Below, piece after piece: positions 1 to 11,800 of a stretch of DNA of 64,000 nucleotides; the first letter of the stretch is position 1; the number at the start of each line of letters is the position of its first letter. The DNA comes from Oopsacas minuta. Its lineage: Eukaryota; Animalia; Porifera. A model generated the notes under the pieces. It did no database searches and was not told the origin of the DNA. It was given only the letters and a program-made list of their open reading frames with translations. Position numbers and translations under genes: made by a program. The stretch is from NCBI GenBank assembly GCA_024704765.1, contig JAKMXF010000321.1:1137006-1201005 (forward strand), written 5' to 3'.

Positions 1-1023
1 TTTGTGTTTTGTCATGATGTTTCACCGCTAGTTAATGCTCTTGGATGTCCGTATGTACCTAATGATTGGAGACTCTTTATTGATAGTTCAAAACAAAGTT
101 TGAAATGTGTTCTACTTCATAATGGCAACAAATTTAGTTCCATACCAATTGGACATTCAGTAAGTTTAAAGGAACGATATGATAACATGAAAATTGTGCT
201 TCATAAAATTAATTATAACCAGCACAATTGGGTAATCTGTGGTGACTTAAAAATCATATGCATTCTTTGGGGACAGCAATCAGGATATACAAAATACCCT
301 TGTTTTTTATGCTTATGGGACAGTCGTGTGAAGAGCGAACACTATTCTAGACAGAGCTGGCCAGCTAGAACCAATCTTAATGTTGGAAATAAGAATATTA
401 TTCACGAGCCTCTAGTGGATCCTCTCAAGATTTTGCTCCCATCACTTCATATAAAATTAGGATTGATGAAACAGTTTGTAAGGGCATTAGATAAAGAAGG
501 AAATTGTTTCAAATAAATTACCGAGAAGTTTTACTACCTAAGTGATGAAAAAAGAAAAGCAAGTATATTCGACGGTCCTCAGATAAGACAACTTGTTCGA
601 GATGATAATTTTTCAAATTCTATGATATGCAAAGAAAAATGTGCATGGAATGCATTTGTAAATGTCATGAAAAACTTCTTGGGAAATACGAAATCTCCTA
701 ATTATAAAATACTTGTGAATGAGTTGATTGAACCTTACAAGAATCTCGGCTGCAATATGAGTGTAAAAGTTCACTTTCTTCACAGTCATATTGACTATTT
801 TCCAGAGAATCTTGGAGCTGTTCCCGAGGAGCAAGGTGAACGATTGCACCAAGACATAAAAACAATGGAAACACGATATCAGGGGAGGTGGGACGTTCAT
901 ATGATGGCTGATTACTGCTGGTGCCTCAAGAAAGATTGTATTGATGTGTTATTCATGCTAGAATGTCAAAAAAATGGAAATTTACTCCTGATTCAGACTA
1001 ATATATTCAAAGTTATTTATTAA
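1..1023 (+). pseudogene. DDE transposase pseudogene (Chapaev-like), 5' truncated by the window edge
   Basis: ORFs 4-516 and 622-1023 are in the same frame and separated only by TAA at 514-516; the gap translates ITEKFYYLSDEKRKASIFDGPQIRQLV. Motifs: WRLFIDSSKQSLK, GDLK, GYTKYPCFLCLWDSR, LHIKLGLMKQF, EEQGERLHQDI, MADYCW. Confidence 0.8.
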
Positions 1024-1277
1024 CTAAGATTATATTATCAATAAAAATTTATTGTAATTCTTAGTTAAAATTTATAAATGGCAGATTTTCACTATTTTAC
1101 TTGTGAGGTATTATGCATTCATCGATAAATATACCAATATTTAAAAATAATTTTGCTAAAAAACTAGACGTGATACGTATATTTTACAACATTTTTCAAA
1201 ATCAGAATTAAAATGTGGATTAGAAAATGTTTTGCAATAACAATCAGCAAATAAAATTTTTTTCCCGCAGGGTTGTG
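1..1277 (+). mobile_element. Chapaev3-like (CMC superfamily) DNA transposon, right-hand part; left end lies outside the window
   Basis: Carries the transposase below and ends ...CCCGCAGGGTTGTG followed by TAA (GTG-3' terminus plus TWA-type flank, as I recall for Chapaev3). The superfamily is assigned from remembered motifs, not a search. Confidence 0.6.
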
Positions 1278-1402
1278 TAATAATTCAGGGCTGTGTAATA
1301 ATTCAGGGCTGTGTAATAATTCAGGGCTGTGTAATAATTCAGGGCTGTGTAATAATTCAGGGCTGTGTAATAATTCAGGGCTGTGTAATAATTCAGGGCT
1401 GT
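1268..1402. repeat. 18-bp minisatellite (CAGGGCTGTGTAATAATT), 7 full units plus a 9-bp partial unit
   Basis: Units start at 1268, 1286, 1304, 1322, 1340, 1358, 1376, with a partial at 1394. Only the first unit differs (CAGGGTTGTG). Confidence 0.97.
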
Positions 1403-3432
1403 ATCTACTTATTTTGAGTTGGCAAAAACTCCGCCAACTCATTCAAAACCAAGAGTTAACTCCAAATAATGAGTTTACACATTATATCTGATATATTACA
1501 GTTACTGCGGAAGCATGACTTGGCGGATGCAAAATAAAAGGTTACGTTATTCCATAGATGCTTTCCAATTCTTGGAGCAGATATTAAACCTAACTTCCAG
1601 GCTCGATTTGTTTATGTCACATTCAATCATGTTTAAGGATAAAAACATTGATAGATCTTGTCAAAATGTTGAGTTTTGAATTTATCAACTTTGGGTGTTG
1701 CACTCAACTGTCAACATAGATTTGAATTGCGATTTTATATATTTGTGTGTTTATCACAACCCTTAGAATATACAGTATCAACTTAGAAGCTGAGACATCC
1801 CTTTTGCATTATATAGAGGAGTTATTCTCAGAACCCTAGGGTCCTGATAGTAAATCTCAAGTCCCTAGTGTCCTAGCATTATAACTGGGACCCTAGGGTT
1901 CCAGTTCGAAATTTTATCCAGGTACCCTAAGGTCCTAAGTCTAAATATTCGCTCCGGGACCCTATATTTACTAATGGAAATATAACTATATAATTCTACT
2001 AATAATTAAACACATAATTGTTTCTCTCTATAATCAAATCAAACACCACACCAGTTATCCATATAGTGTACTGAAATGCTCACTTCCTGCGCTAATGTGA
2101 ATGAAAGAAACCAATCAAAATTAAAATACACTAGACTGATATAATAAGTTTTTAAAATACACTAAAATAGAGTCCTAGATATAATTTTCCAATTACATAT
2201 AGCTTGTAAACACCTAAGGACCTATCATGTCCGGACATTTTACCGCAAACTAGAAAAATTCAAATTTCCAAAAATTATAGTCTTAAACTCTTCGTTATTG
2301 TTAAACCTGGAATATACACTATCTATAATATTAAATCACAATTGTTGTTTGTCTGCTTGTTTGTCCGTTGTCAAGGAAAGGATTTACGGTATGCAATTCT
2401 GAAATTGTCACATAACTATGTATTTATCGTGTTTATCAAGGAAGTAAATAGAATTCAATAAAAACTTCACTAAATATGTTCACTGAATAACACAGTAAGC
2501 TGAATCCGAATTTCGCATTTTCAAGTTTCTCATGTAAATTTATTGTTGTTTTTATGAATATAAAGGAAAGAAATTAGCAATATCTCAAAATTTACGCAGA
2601 TTCTTGCTCTTAACGGCTACAAATGGGGTTGATCTTACAAAACAGTTCAATATTATATATCCCATATATACATATATTTGTGAATTACATTTTTCTAAAT
2701 ATATCTATATTATAATACTCAAAGGTGCCGTCAATTTGAAGAATGATGGATACCTCGAGACGCAATGCGCCGAGTTAATCGCGAAGCGACGAGCCAAAGG
2801 CTCGTATAGAGGTAAATTTCAATGATGTAAAGCATCATTACCTCTAATGTATGCCCAACTCGCTGTGGAGGTTCATTTCTATGGAAATGAATGAAGGTGG
2901 ACCAAAATTGCATTGATTATAGAGACCCCACTTATAGAGGTTACGCTGTATATCAGAAATATTCTGTCTGACCCAAACTAAAAATTTATTAGACCAACTA
3001 TTTCAGACGTTTTGGGTCCGGGATAACATTTAGGTACGGCCTGACCAAAAACAACATAGACCATTTATTTCGTGACAGGTATCAATCATATTTTATCATG
3101 TAGTATTCATGCTTGAATTTCTACATCTGTAGTAGACTAACAGTTGATGTCAATAGAAATACATTTTGATATTTGTAGGATAATTTAATTAATATGTTTT
3201 TCTGTATGATTAGTCAGAAACTAAATTCAAAAGTGTTTGTGTATGCTGTTTCAGCATTCTTTGGGTAAAATTTTAAGCCCCTCCCCATTCTCAAAATCCT
3301 AGATAGACCAGTGATAAATGGTTGGATATGTATATCAATCATAGCTTAATATATACAGACACTGCATTTCAAGGACATAAATATATTTGTATTAATCAAT
3401 ATATATTTGTTGAGCATTTAAATTTAATTCAA

Positions 3433-4371
3433 TTATATTTCAAGGAACTTAACTTGAGGAGTACTCCATATTTCAGATGTAATGAAAACTAAACGTTGTT
3501 TTGAGTCAATTGTAATTCCTCTTTCGGTGCGACAATTACGTCCATAACTTAGTAAATTTATACTAGAGATTGTTGAAAACTTCTCTCCATCCCACTGTTT
3601 GATGGTATCTCCTTCACAGAAGTAGTATACCCCAGAGCTACTAATTGTGAATGTTACAATGGTTGCTAGATCCTCCTTCTGATAGAAGTAAGCTCTCATC
3701 TGTATCCCTTCTTTAGACATAATCGTAATTAAATGTGCATTACCTTCTAGTGACAGGATATGTAATAGATCTTGATGAATTCTGATGTCTGATGTTTGAC
3801 CTTCATCCTCTTTAACGACGTCATATAACTTTGGTTTCATTTCATGCATTATGGCTAATACTGAATTAAACTGACATATGAATAAACCATCACAGTCTGC
3901 TTCTATCCTTGTAGACCCTCTGGTTTCTTTCACTAGCCCGATTCCATAAGCGTAGTAGTATGGACTTGTGTATACAGAACATTTAAAGGGCATTTTTATT
4001 GTAGAAATCAATTCTGCATCTTCTGTGATTACCGATATAACCCGAGTACTTCTGTTTGTTATGTAGATAAGATTGTTATGAAACGCTATCCCGTGGAGAT
4101 CAAATTGAGTCCCAGGCCTGGTTGTATTTGTGAGGTTGTATTTTATTTTCGTGTTGTAAATACAATCTCCTTCTTCTGAGAATACAAACAATCTGTCATA
4201 CCCGTGTTCTGAAACTATACACCCAGTAGTTATCATTCTTAATACGTAAATGTTGTTTGTGATAGGATCAATGGCAACTGCAGAGGCAGATTGCATACAA
4301 ATAAATTCTTCAAAAGATTGCATACGATTAAATGTTTTATATTTAGATGTCTGTGAATTTCTGTTTCCCAT
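3433..4371 (-). CDS. Intronless NHL/6-bladed beta-propeller-like protein, 312 aa, predicted N-myristoylated
   Basis: Uninterrupted 312-aa ORF with NHL-like blades (AVAIDPITNNIYVL, HGIAFHNNLIYITN, GITIDSKQRLVFI). The N-terminus MGNRNS fits the MGxxxS myristoylation consensus. Confidence 0.8.
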   Translation of the reverse strand: MGNRNSQTSKYKTFNRMQSFEEFICMQSASAVAIDPITNNIYVLRMITTGCIVSEHGYDRLFVFSEEGDCIYNTKIKYNLTNTTRPGTQFDLHGIAFHNNLIYITNRSTRVISVITEDAELISTIKMPFKCSVYTSPYYYAYGIGLVKETRGSTRIEADCDGLFICQFNSVLAIMHEMKPKLYDVVKEDEGQTSDIRIHQDLLHILSLEGNAHLITIMSKEGIQMRAYFYQKEDLATIVTFTISSSGVYYFCEGDTIKQWDGEKFSTISSINLLSYGRNCRTERGITIDSKQRLVFITSEIWSTPQVKFLEI

Positions 4372-4976
4372 CCCAAGTTGTTTCGATCTAAAACATAGTT
4401 ACAAAACGCTATATTTGTCATACTTGCCAACTAACCTGCTTTGGCGGGACGTCCCGATTCCGGCCGTAGATTCAGTGTTATGTCCCGATAAATCGTGATA
4501 TTAGTTAATTCAGTAGCGTAGCTAGTAGGTCGGGTCCTGAGCAATATTAATTTGTACCTGATCAATAGAGGTTGTAATAATAAATAATAGCTGGCTAAAC
4601 TCAGGACTAGGAATATTTTCGTGCCTGGGCAATCATTGAACTCTAGCTACTCCCTAGCTGAATTGTCCCACTTTAGGTAGTACATAATATTACTAATATG
4701 CTATGTCCTGTGTACCCACCTAGAATTATACCTTCCGTCCCACTTTTCTCTTCACCTCGGTTGGAAAGTATGCTCTGTAGGGTAAATTTCCATAATAGCT
4801 AAGCCTTAGAGATGCGACATTGTTGAGCGTCCTTCCATTCGAGTACCGAGCGAAAATACCATTAATATCCAAAAATCCACAAATTTTATGAAATGAATCA
4901 TCATAGCATTCTATACACTAAGGTAATGATAATCCATTAAAATTTTGGACCAGGGACAGCGCACGGGCCTCTGAAT

Positions 4977-5361
4977 GGGAACACAGCATTAGTTCTACTA
5001 CTTTAGTAGTCATTAGTTCTAATTTTCTTTTGTAGACGTTAGTTCTACTATTTCAATGTGTAGGCATTAGTTCTACTACTCTAGTAAGAAAATGGATTTA
5101 TAGAAACGAGGACGTGATATGATATTTATTGTATTAATTATAAACTCGTACCATTGGGAGGGGATTAGGGATTTTGTTCACTGCCTTATCGTTCTGGGAG
5201 TTTCATTTGTACTCGTTATTAAGCTACCTAGGGGTGAGGATATGGAGTCCATGCTAACATTGTGTTTGGATGGACTTTTATTGGATTAATTAGCAGAAGC
5301 ACTGTCAATTTTCAGAGTGGAACTAATGACTACATATGCAGTAGAACTAATGCATGTGCCC
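4977..5361. mobile_element. 385-bp MITE with a 9-bp TSD (Mutator- or Merlin-type)
   Basis: Left end GGGAACACAGCATTAGTTCTACT; right end (reverse complement) GGGCACATGCATTAGTTCTACT. Perfect direct repeat CCTCTGAAT at 4968-4976 and 5362-5370. Internal CATTAGTTCTA subrepeats. Confidence 0.8.
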
Positions 5362-5699
5362 CCTCTGAATACTTGATCTCGGTCAAGTGTGATTTTAATA
5401 TTTGGTGTCATATCTAAATTATCTGTCAACTCTATTTCCGATTTCAGCAGTTTTGAATATGAAACCTTTCATTATAATAAGATAGTGTTTTATTCAATAA
5501 TTTAATTGTATACGGTAATAGGATGTGGTTTAGTCATTATTTGCAACAAGAGATAATTAATAACCAATTACTACACTGATTCGTGCACAACTTACGCAAC
5601 ACATTAGCTAACATAAAGTTTAAAACATTAATAACCTTACCAATTGCGAAAACATATTTCATTTAATTATGGATGCGCATGAAGCAGCTAAATTTAAGG

Positions 5700-6620
5700 T
5701 TTGTCTTTGGTACTGCGCCAAAGTTTGCAATATTAAGCTCATTTCGCATCACTTATTCAAGGAACCAGCTGATGAGATAACAAAATTAGCTGATCAATAC
5801 ACGAAAGTATTTGAACCCCTAACTATAGATCATGCCTTGGCCCAAATATTTATGTACAACCTGTAAACTTTATTTGGCCAAGGTTGCGGGTAGTGATGCC
5901 CCTCAGAAACAGCCAATCCGATAATTTGGGCCAATTTCTTGCATCAAACGCTTTCAACATGTACTCTTAATAATCAATGCCCAATGTGTGAGGAAGCGAC
6001 TAGATTTGGAAGACGTTCTCTTGCCAAATCGGAAATTTCACATGCAAAACCTGGAAGACTAATGATAAATTCTCCAGCAAAGGTTGTTAAACATTGTAGC
6101 GAATATTTAACAACCTTTCTTCTTTGGAAAGTTGTGAACATTTTGGGACCTTCCATTCAAGAGACCAGACGGGACTGTATATTTTGATCAATCTATGTAA
6201 GATTTTGACAACACTTTATTCATGTAGGATTTGGAGCAACGCTTTAAAGTGAATATTTCACACCTTTTAGGTGAAAATAACTTAAACAAATAATCCTGTA
6301 AACTGATAGAAAATTCGGAAAAGTATAAAATGATTGCTAATAATAGCATTTTATCTGATTATCTACACATACAGTAGCCTTATGCATATATGAGTTACAA
6401 TTGCCAATCAGAAGTTGAGAATATTCAATTACAGTTTTGGACATAACTGGAATTTGCAGCATTCTTCTTTTACACATAATACATTTTGTGTTGCGATAAG
6501 ATATAGATGCTGCTTCTGGGTGATTTCGGCATGTATCATTGAAGTTATCACGCAACCTATCGCTAGATGTTTCAGACGCTCTCTTTAACTTATTTCGGAG
6601 TTCAATCGGTCGAGCTTTAT
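5700..6620 (-). pseudogene. Probable MULE (Mutator-like) transposase remnant, heavily degraded
   Basis: Minus-strand fragments KRASETSSDRLRDNFNDTCRNHPEAASISY...KRRMLQIP and YPQ..KVY....IWAK resemble MULE transposase segments. Many stops and frameshifts; boundaries approximate. Confidence 0.45.
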
Positions 6621-8512
6621 ATGCATCAATATCATGGTTATGGCCTTGTGTGGAATAAATTGGTTCAAGTACAGGTCAATTTTTCCAAAACCTTTGTATT
6701 TTAACTTTTTATATACGATGCATCTTTGATATTTGTATTTTGGATAATATCTTACATTTGAGTATATGAACCCATCAGATTCGTAGTTAAAATAGTTGAG
6801 TATATTTTATTCAATGCTGGAAAAAGCCATCGGGATAAAGACCTGCTAATTTGTGTAGAAAGTGTAGGGACACAAATCACACAATTCAATAGCACCCCAT
6901 ATAATTCTCTTTATATATCCCTCAACGAATTTATGATAACATATATATGCCACCTAAAATCAAAAAAATGAATCCTATTCTTCTTGTTTGCTCTCATATG
7001 ATAATTTGTTGGTTTAACTCAAGGTATACTGAGCCAAATCTGAATAAATAAGCGTTGATCAAAATCATACACAATCGTTGATCAACATATACAGTCTCCC
7101 ATTTCAATACTGGGCCACTTTACTAAAGCATAGTCAACCCAGTTTAATTCAGTATTTTTCATTCAGTAAGTAAATATTTGATTTTTGCATATTCATTAGA
7201 TATTAACTTCCAATGGTTCTTAAACGTGAAATTAATTTTTGCGGTTTAAAGCTATTGACACCAACCGGTTGGGATCAAAAGCCAAATCTAGGAGGAACCC
7301 CTTAAAAACTTTGTCCCAACAGTTGGACATCTAGCGATGACAAATGCAAGAAAATACTCTGAAAATCACATCCTGGCTGGCTTATAAAAATCTAAGAAAA
7401 CAGGTGGTCGGTGTCAATAAGACCACAGATTGGCTATTGTCACTGACACACTTTGTTATTTGTGTACTCAAATAGATTGAACACTAGTCACTTATTAATT
7501 AATATATTACATTATAATATTTACTCTCCAAAAACGAGTAGAACTAATGCCAACTCTCAAATAACGAGTAGAACTCAAGCCAGCGGAGGCTCTGCCATTA
7601 TTAATAGAATTATCCACTGTGAGCGCACGAATGGTTCTAAATCCCATTTTCCAGAGGACATTCTCTACAATATCGATATTTTGATAGAAAAGTACAAGAT
7701 GATCAGCTGGAGAGGCTAAAACATATATCCTATGGAATTTTGATGATGTTGCAATATAAGTTTTGGATTATGATATGTATCAAACTACACATAATTTTAT
7801 CAATGAACTTTATTGTGTTATAATGAACAATAGTATTTGTATAATTAACCATGACATTTGATTAATGGTCTGACCTATATGTTCATATAAATAATAGAGA
7901 ATAAATAAATAAATGATTATATTAGTGAATCCATGGTCCAAGAATATAGTGACTGTCATTAGAATGTTATACCATATATAGAAACCTCATTGCATATAAC
8001 TAATTAACTATACAGCCAGACTGAGCCAGATACTATTAGTATATCTATACGATTACACAAATACTGAAGTAGTCCAATTTCGCTCGTTTATGAAGAAATA
8101 GAGCCACTTATTGATTAAGAATTGAACTTTATTGGTTTCCAGACTTGTAAATTGTAGAACACTTATGGTCCACATAATATGTTTAAATTGCCATCTTTCG
8201 TTTCGTTTAGACTCAATTAAAATTCTTACATCACAATTACATACTTGCTGACCAAAATCTGTACGACTTTGTTCATTCATATTTGCGAAAAATCAAAATT
8301 GATAAGATTTTCCGGTTAAATCATGCAATGTAAATTAGCATCTTTTGCAGTGGACATACTGGGACTTTACTTGTATTTCTTAATTTAATTGATATCTGAT
8401 ACAATTAATAACTATGCAATGTATGTAGGCTCATGTACCAAATACAGCTGGATAATAATGTGAAAAGTGCATTAAGATAAACTAATAACAATATAATTAT
8501 TAATTAATTAAT

Positions 8513-8855
8513 ATGATATTATTTAAGATGACCTTTTGTATTAGAAAAAGATTGTGCATATATTTTATCTTAGTATTCGTATGTTGTTTATTTATCAATC
8601 AATTCCTTCATGTATTTAACCAAGACCGTTTCTCAAATACTATTTTACAGCTTACACCGCTCCCTTACCAAATTTACAAAGAAAGCAATGACAAATACAC
8701 AAAGAGAAACACAACTATCATATCCAATGTGACCTGTCCTGTCTCTAAGAGACATCGCAGTCGTAGTCAAGCTCCAATTGCTCTTGCAACTTTTCCTGGA
8801 TCTGGCACCACTTGGCTAAGATATCTTATTGAAGAATCCACAGGCTATCTTACTG
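8513..8855 (+). CDS. WSCD-like: WSCD-like sulfotransferase, coding exon 1
   Basis: ATG at 8513 (alternative ATG at 8528); transmembrane anchor and TFPGSGTTW motif; donor G|GTAAAT at 8856. Confidence 0.85.
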
Positions 8856-11800
8856 GTAAATTTTCAATATTTACTGACATATCTACCAAATTTATAATAG
8901 TTAGGGTATGTATATCAGGGGTCCTCTATAGAGACCCGCGGGTTAAATATAGCCCTCCAAAAATTTGCACTTCGTTCCTCGGATTTGCTTAATTACACAT
9001 TGACTATCTTGCTTATTCCTTTTGGTCACTACACGACTAGTACTCGGCACCATGTGTCTCGAATTTAAACAGTAGCGGAAGATTTTATTAGCCATGGTCC
9101 AGTAATCCAATTTTTTCATATTTTCATGGATATACATATACCAGAGACCAGTCAACTCGTACCAATGACCAACTCATACACCGCATTAAGTCAACTCGAC
9201 CACCTCTGAAGAGGCTACCCCGAAATTACGACCACTATTTTATGTCCCGTATAAATCTGTACTCATAGACAGACACATTAGTATTAATTCGTTTCAAAAT
9301 CCTATCACCTCGAAATTATCGCCGGAATTATTGGTCCCAAGGGTGGTCGTAATTTCGAGGTTCCACTGTACAATATCCACTAAAATTTCAAAAACAGAAT
9401 TTTAACTACCATAAGAATAAATTAAATATTCCCCCATTTAGCAACAATATACGACCGAGATAACGAGAACTTCAAAGGTAGCACATTCAAAGACGGAAGA
9501 TCCATTGCGATCAAGACTCATTTAATGTACAATGAATTTAAGACTCCACATCCCTTTATGTTAGAATATGGAAAGGCTATTATCCTAATAAGACATCCTA
9601 GAAATTCAATTATTGCAGAAGTTAACCGTGAATTTTCTGATAACCCCTTAGGCTTTATGGATCTCTCATGGAATGGTAAGTTCAAATATCATTACGTATT
9701 TATATTTGTCTGTAGTGTGACTTAGTTCATGTGTGGAGATTCCATCAGGGAACAAGCGTGATACTAAATATACATACCAAATTAAAAGTCTCATTGTGTG
9801 TGTATGTGTGTGTGTGTGTGTGTGTGTCAGTGAGTGATTATAATTTTTGAGGACATTCTTTATAACCAGACTCGGGGGGAAGGGCGACAAACCCGATACA
9901 ACTGCTGGTGCGGCAATTAGGACTTGCAATGTTGGAATTAATAATAAATTATTATAAGTATACCCTACCCAGACAAAAGTATTCATCCATATCCAAATTT
10001 TCCATCCAAATAATACAATAGTGGGTTATTCTTGATGTCAATACAGTACAATATTTCATTTTCAATATTTGTTCACTTTTGGGGGCATAAAGTAAGCAGA
10101 TTTAAAGATTATGGTAGTATCATATTTACTACGGTTAAGATTATGAGTTCATGTACTCGAGTGCCGCAGGCCGAGTGCGTATACAGAGTGTTCGCAACCG
10201 CGTAGCGCAAGTAAACTAACCGCCCGCTAGCATATTTGAATGTACTTACCATTATGTAACTGAAATTGTAATTGTAATCTATACTATCATAACGCGATTA
10301 ATCTGTATATATATATTTGTTTGTATGTCAAGAATTTATTCAAGAAACTGGAGGACCCCCAAGGCTGATTTTTAGCATACAGGGGTATTTTGGGCATGAC
10401 TCGGGCATGTTCGAGTCTTGGATGAAAATTCAAACCTATGACGAAATTATGACGCCATTATCACTTTTTGGATTTTCGAAAAATTACACTTTTCACCACT
10501 GCTCAGCCGATATACATGATAGAAGTTTGAAATTTGAATCACAGGTACCTCTCAAAGTGAGAAATGTACTGGCGTCATGGTTCTGACCGAAAGCGACATA
10601 GCATCTCTAGTGTCACCACAGAAGGCCATTCAATGTAATTTGAATGGACCATGGATAATAAAATTTTTACTATTCTGTGAATTCGAGGCATGTACTGCCG
10701 AGTGTATTCTGTAGCATAGCGACCAATATCGTTATCAAATTTACCTGTTTAATTAATACTTAAGCTAACCTGGAGCTCTAAGCTGTCACACAGCTACCTA
10801 GCAAGGGAAGCGGCTAGTTGTAAATATATTCTCTATTGCAGTCTATAGCAGGGGTCCACAGGATGTGTTCAAATTGGTATATGGGGTTAACGTGTCAAAA
10901 AGGTTAGGACCCGCTGCTCTAGGCTCTGGAAAAGAAAATTTCGAAACAATAACAGAATTCCATGATGCATACATGCCAACCTGAGTGTAGAAAAAGCAGG
11001 ACGGAAGATATTAGCCTCATTGGCCTCAACATATTGTTTTGACAAAAATGGTCCCCTCATTAGTGATTACTTAATAGGCTTTAGACAAATTGTAGGTCAT
11101 TCAAACTTTATGCATGTTGTCTATTCTATTAGTTACTTTTACCCGAGTGTTCATAATATACCTTTGGCATCATCTCTTAAATTATAGTACTTTTTCACAA
11201 TTAGAAGTCTCTAGAACAGATGCGATTATAGTATTTTTCGCATGCGATTTTAATCTTATGCATATCGAGTGAATCAACCTAGCAGTTGCTGAGTTTATTT
11301 ATTTGGAACAATGTCAAGGAATTTCACAATAAGCTCCCTATACTTTGATCCCAAGTCTAAGAAGAGAAAGACCTGAAGACCCGGAGTTTTTTTATCTAAC
11401 AATATCCTCACACGGTGTCCCTAAAAGTCGGATAGGATTGATAAAATATGGTCTGAAATAATCACTGGTCAATAGATTCGTTGTTATGTGTAGAATTCAA
11501 TGAATGTGTCTTTCAAATATGTGGTTGGCCAACCCAAGAGGAGCCTGCAAAATCTAGAACAGACTTCTATATTTTACAGTGATTGAATGCAGGTTGCTTT
11601 AGTATTGTGAATACAGTACACCCTCGCTAATCCGAACAGTCCTGTGCCAATGAAAATACAAACTGTTCAAATTAGTGAATAACACTAATCCAATGGAGAA
11701 TTACCACCTCGCTAATCCGATCCCTCACTTTATCCAACAAAAATCAGGACTAATATCGAGTGCGGTATTAAGATTTGCATTCAGTCTAGGCAAATAGTAA

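Noticed and set aside
1164-1491. ORFs with (SPELLH)n and (NNSGLC)n repeats; the array superficially resembles a CRISPR array
   Set aside because: Both ORFs are translations of the 18-bp minisatellite. There are no unique spacers or cas genes, and the DNA is eukaryotic.
2321-2815. Helitron-like 5' end (TCTATAATATT..GTTTGTCTG) and hairpin ACGAGCC-AAA-GGCTCGT
   Set aside because: No CTRR 3' end at the expected distance and no second copy to define boundaries.
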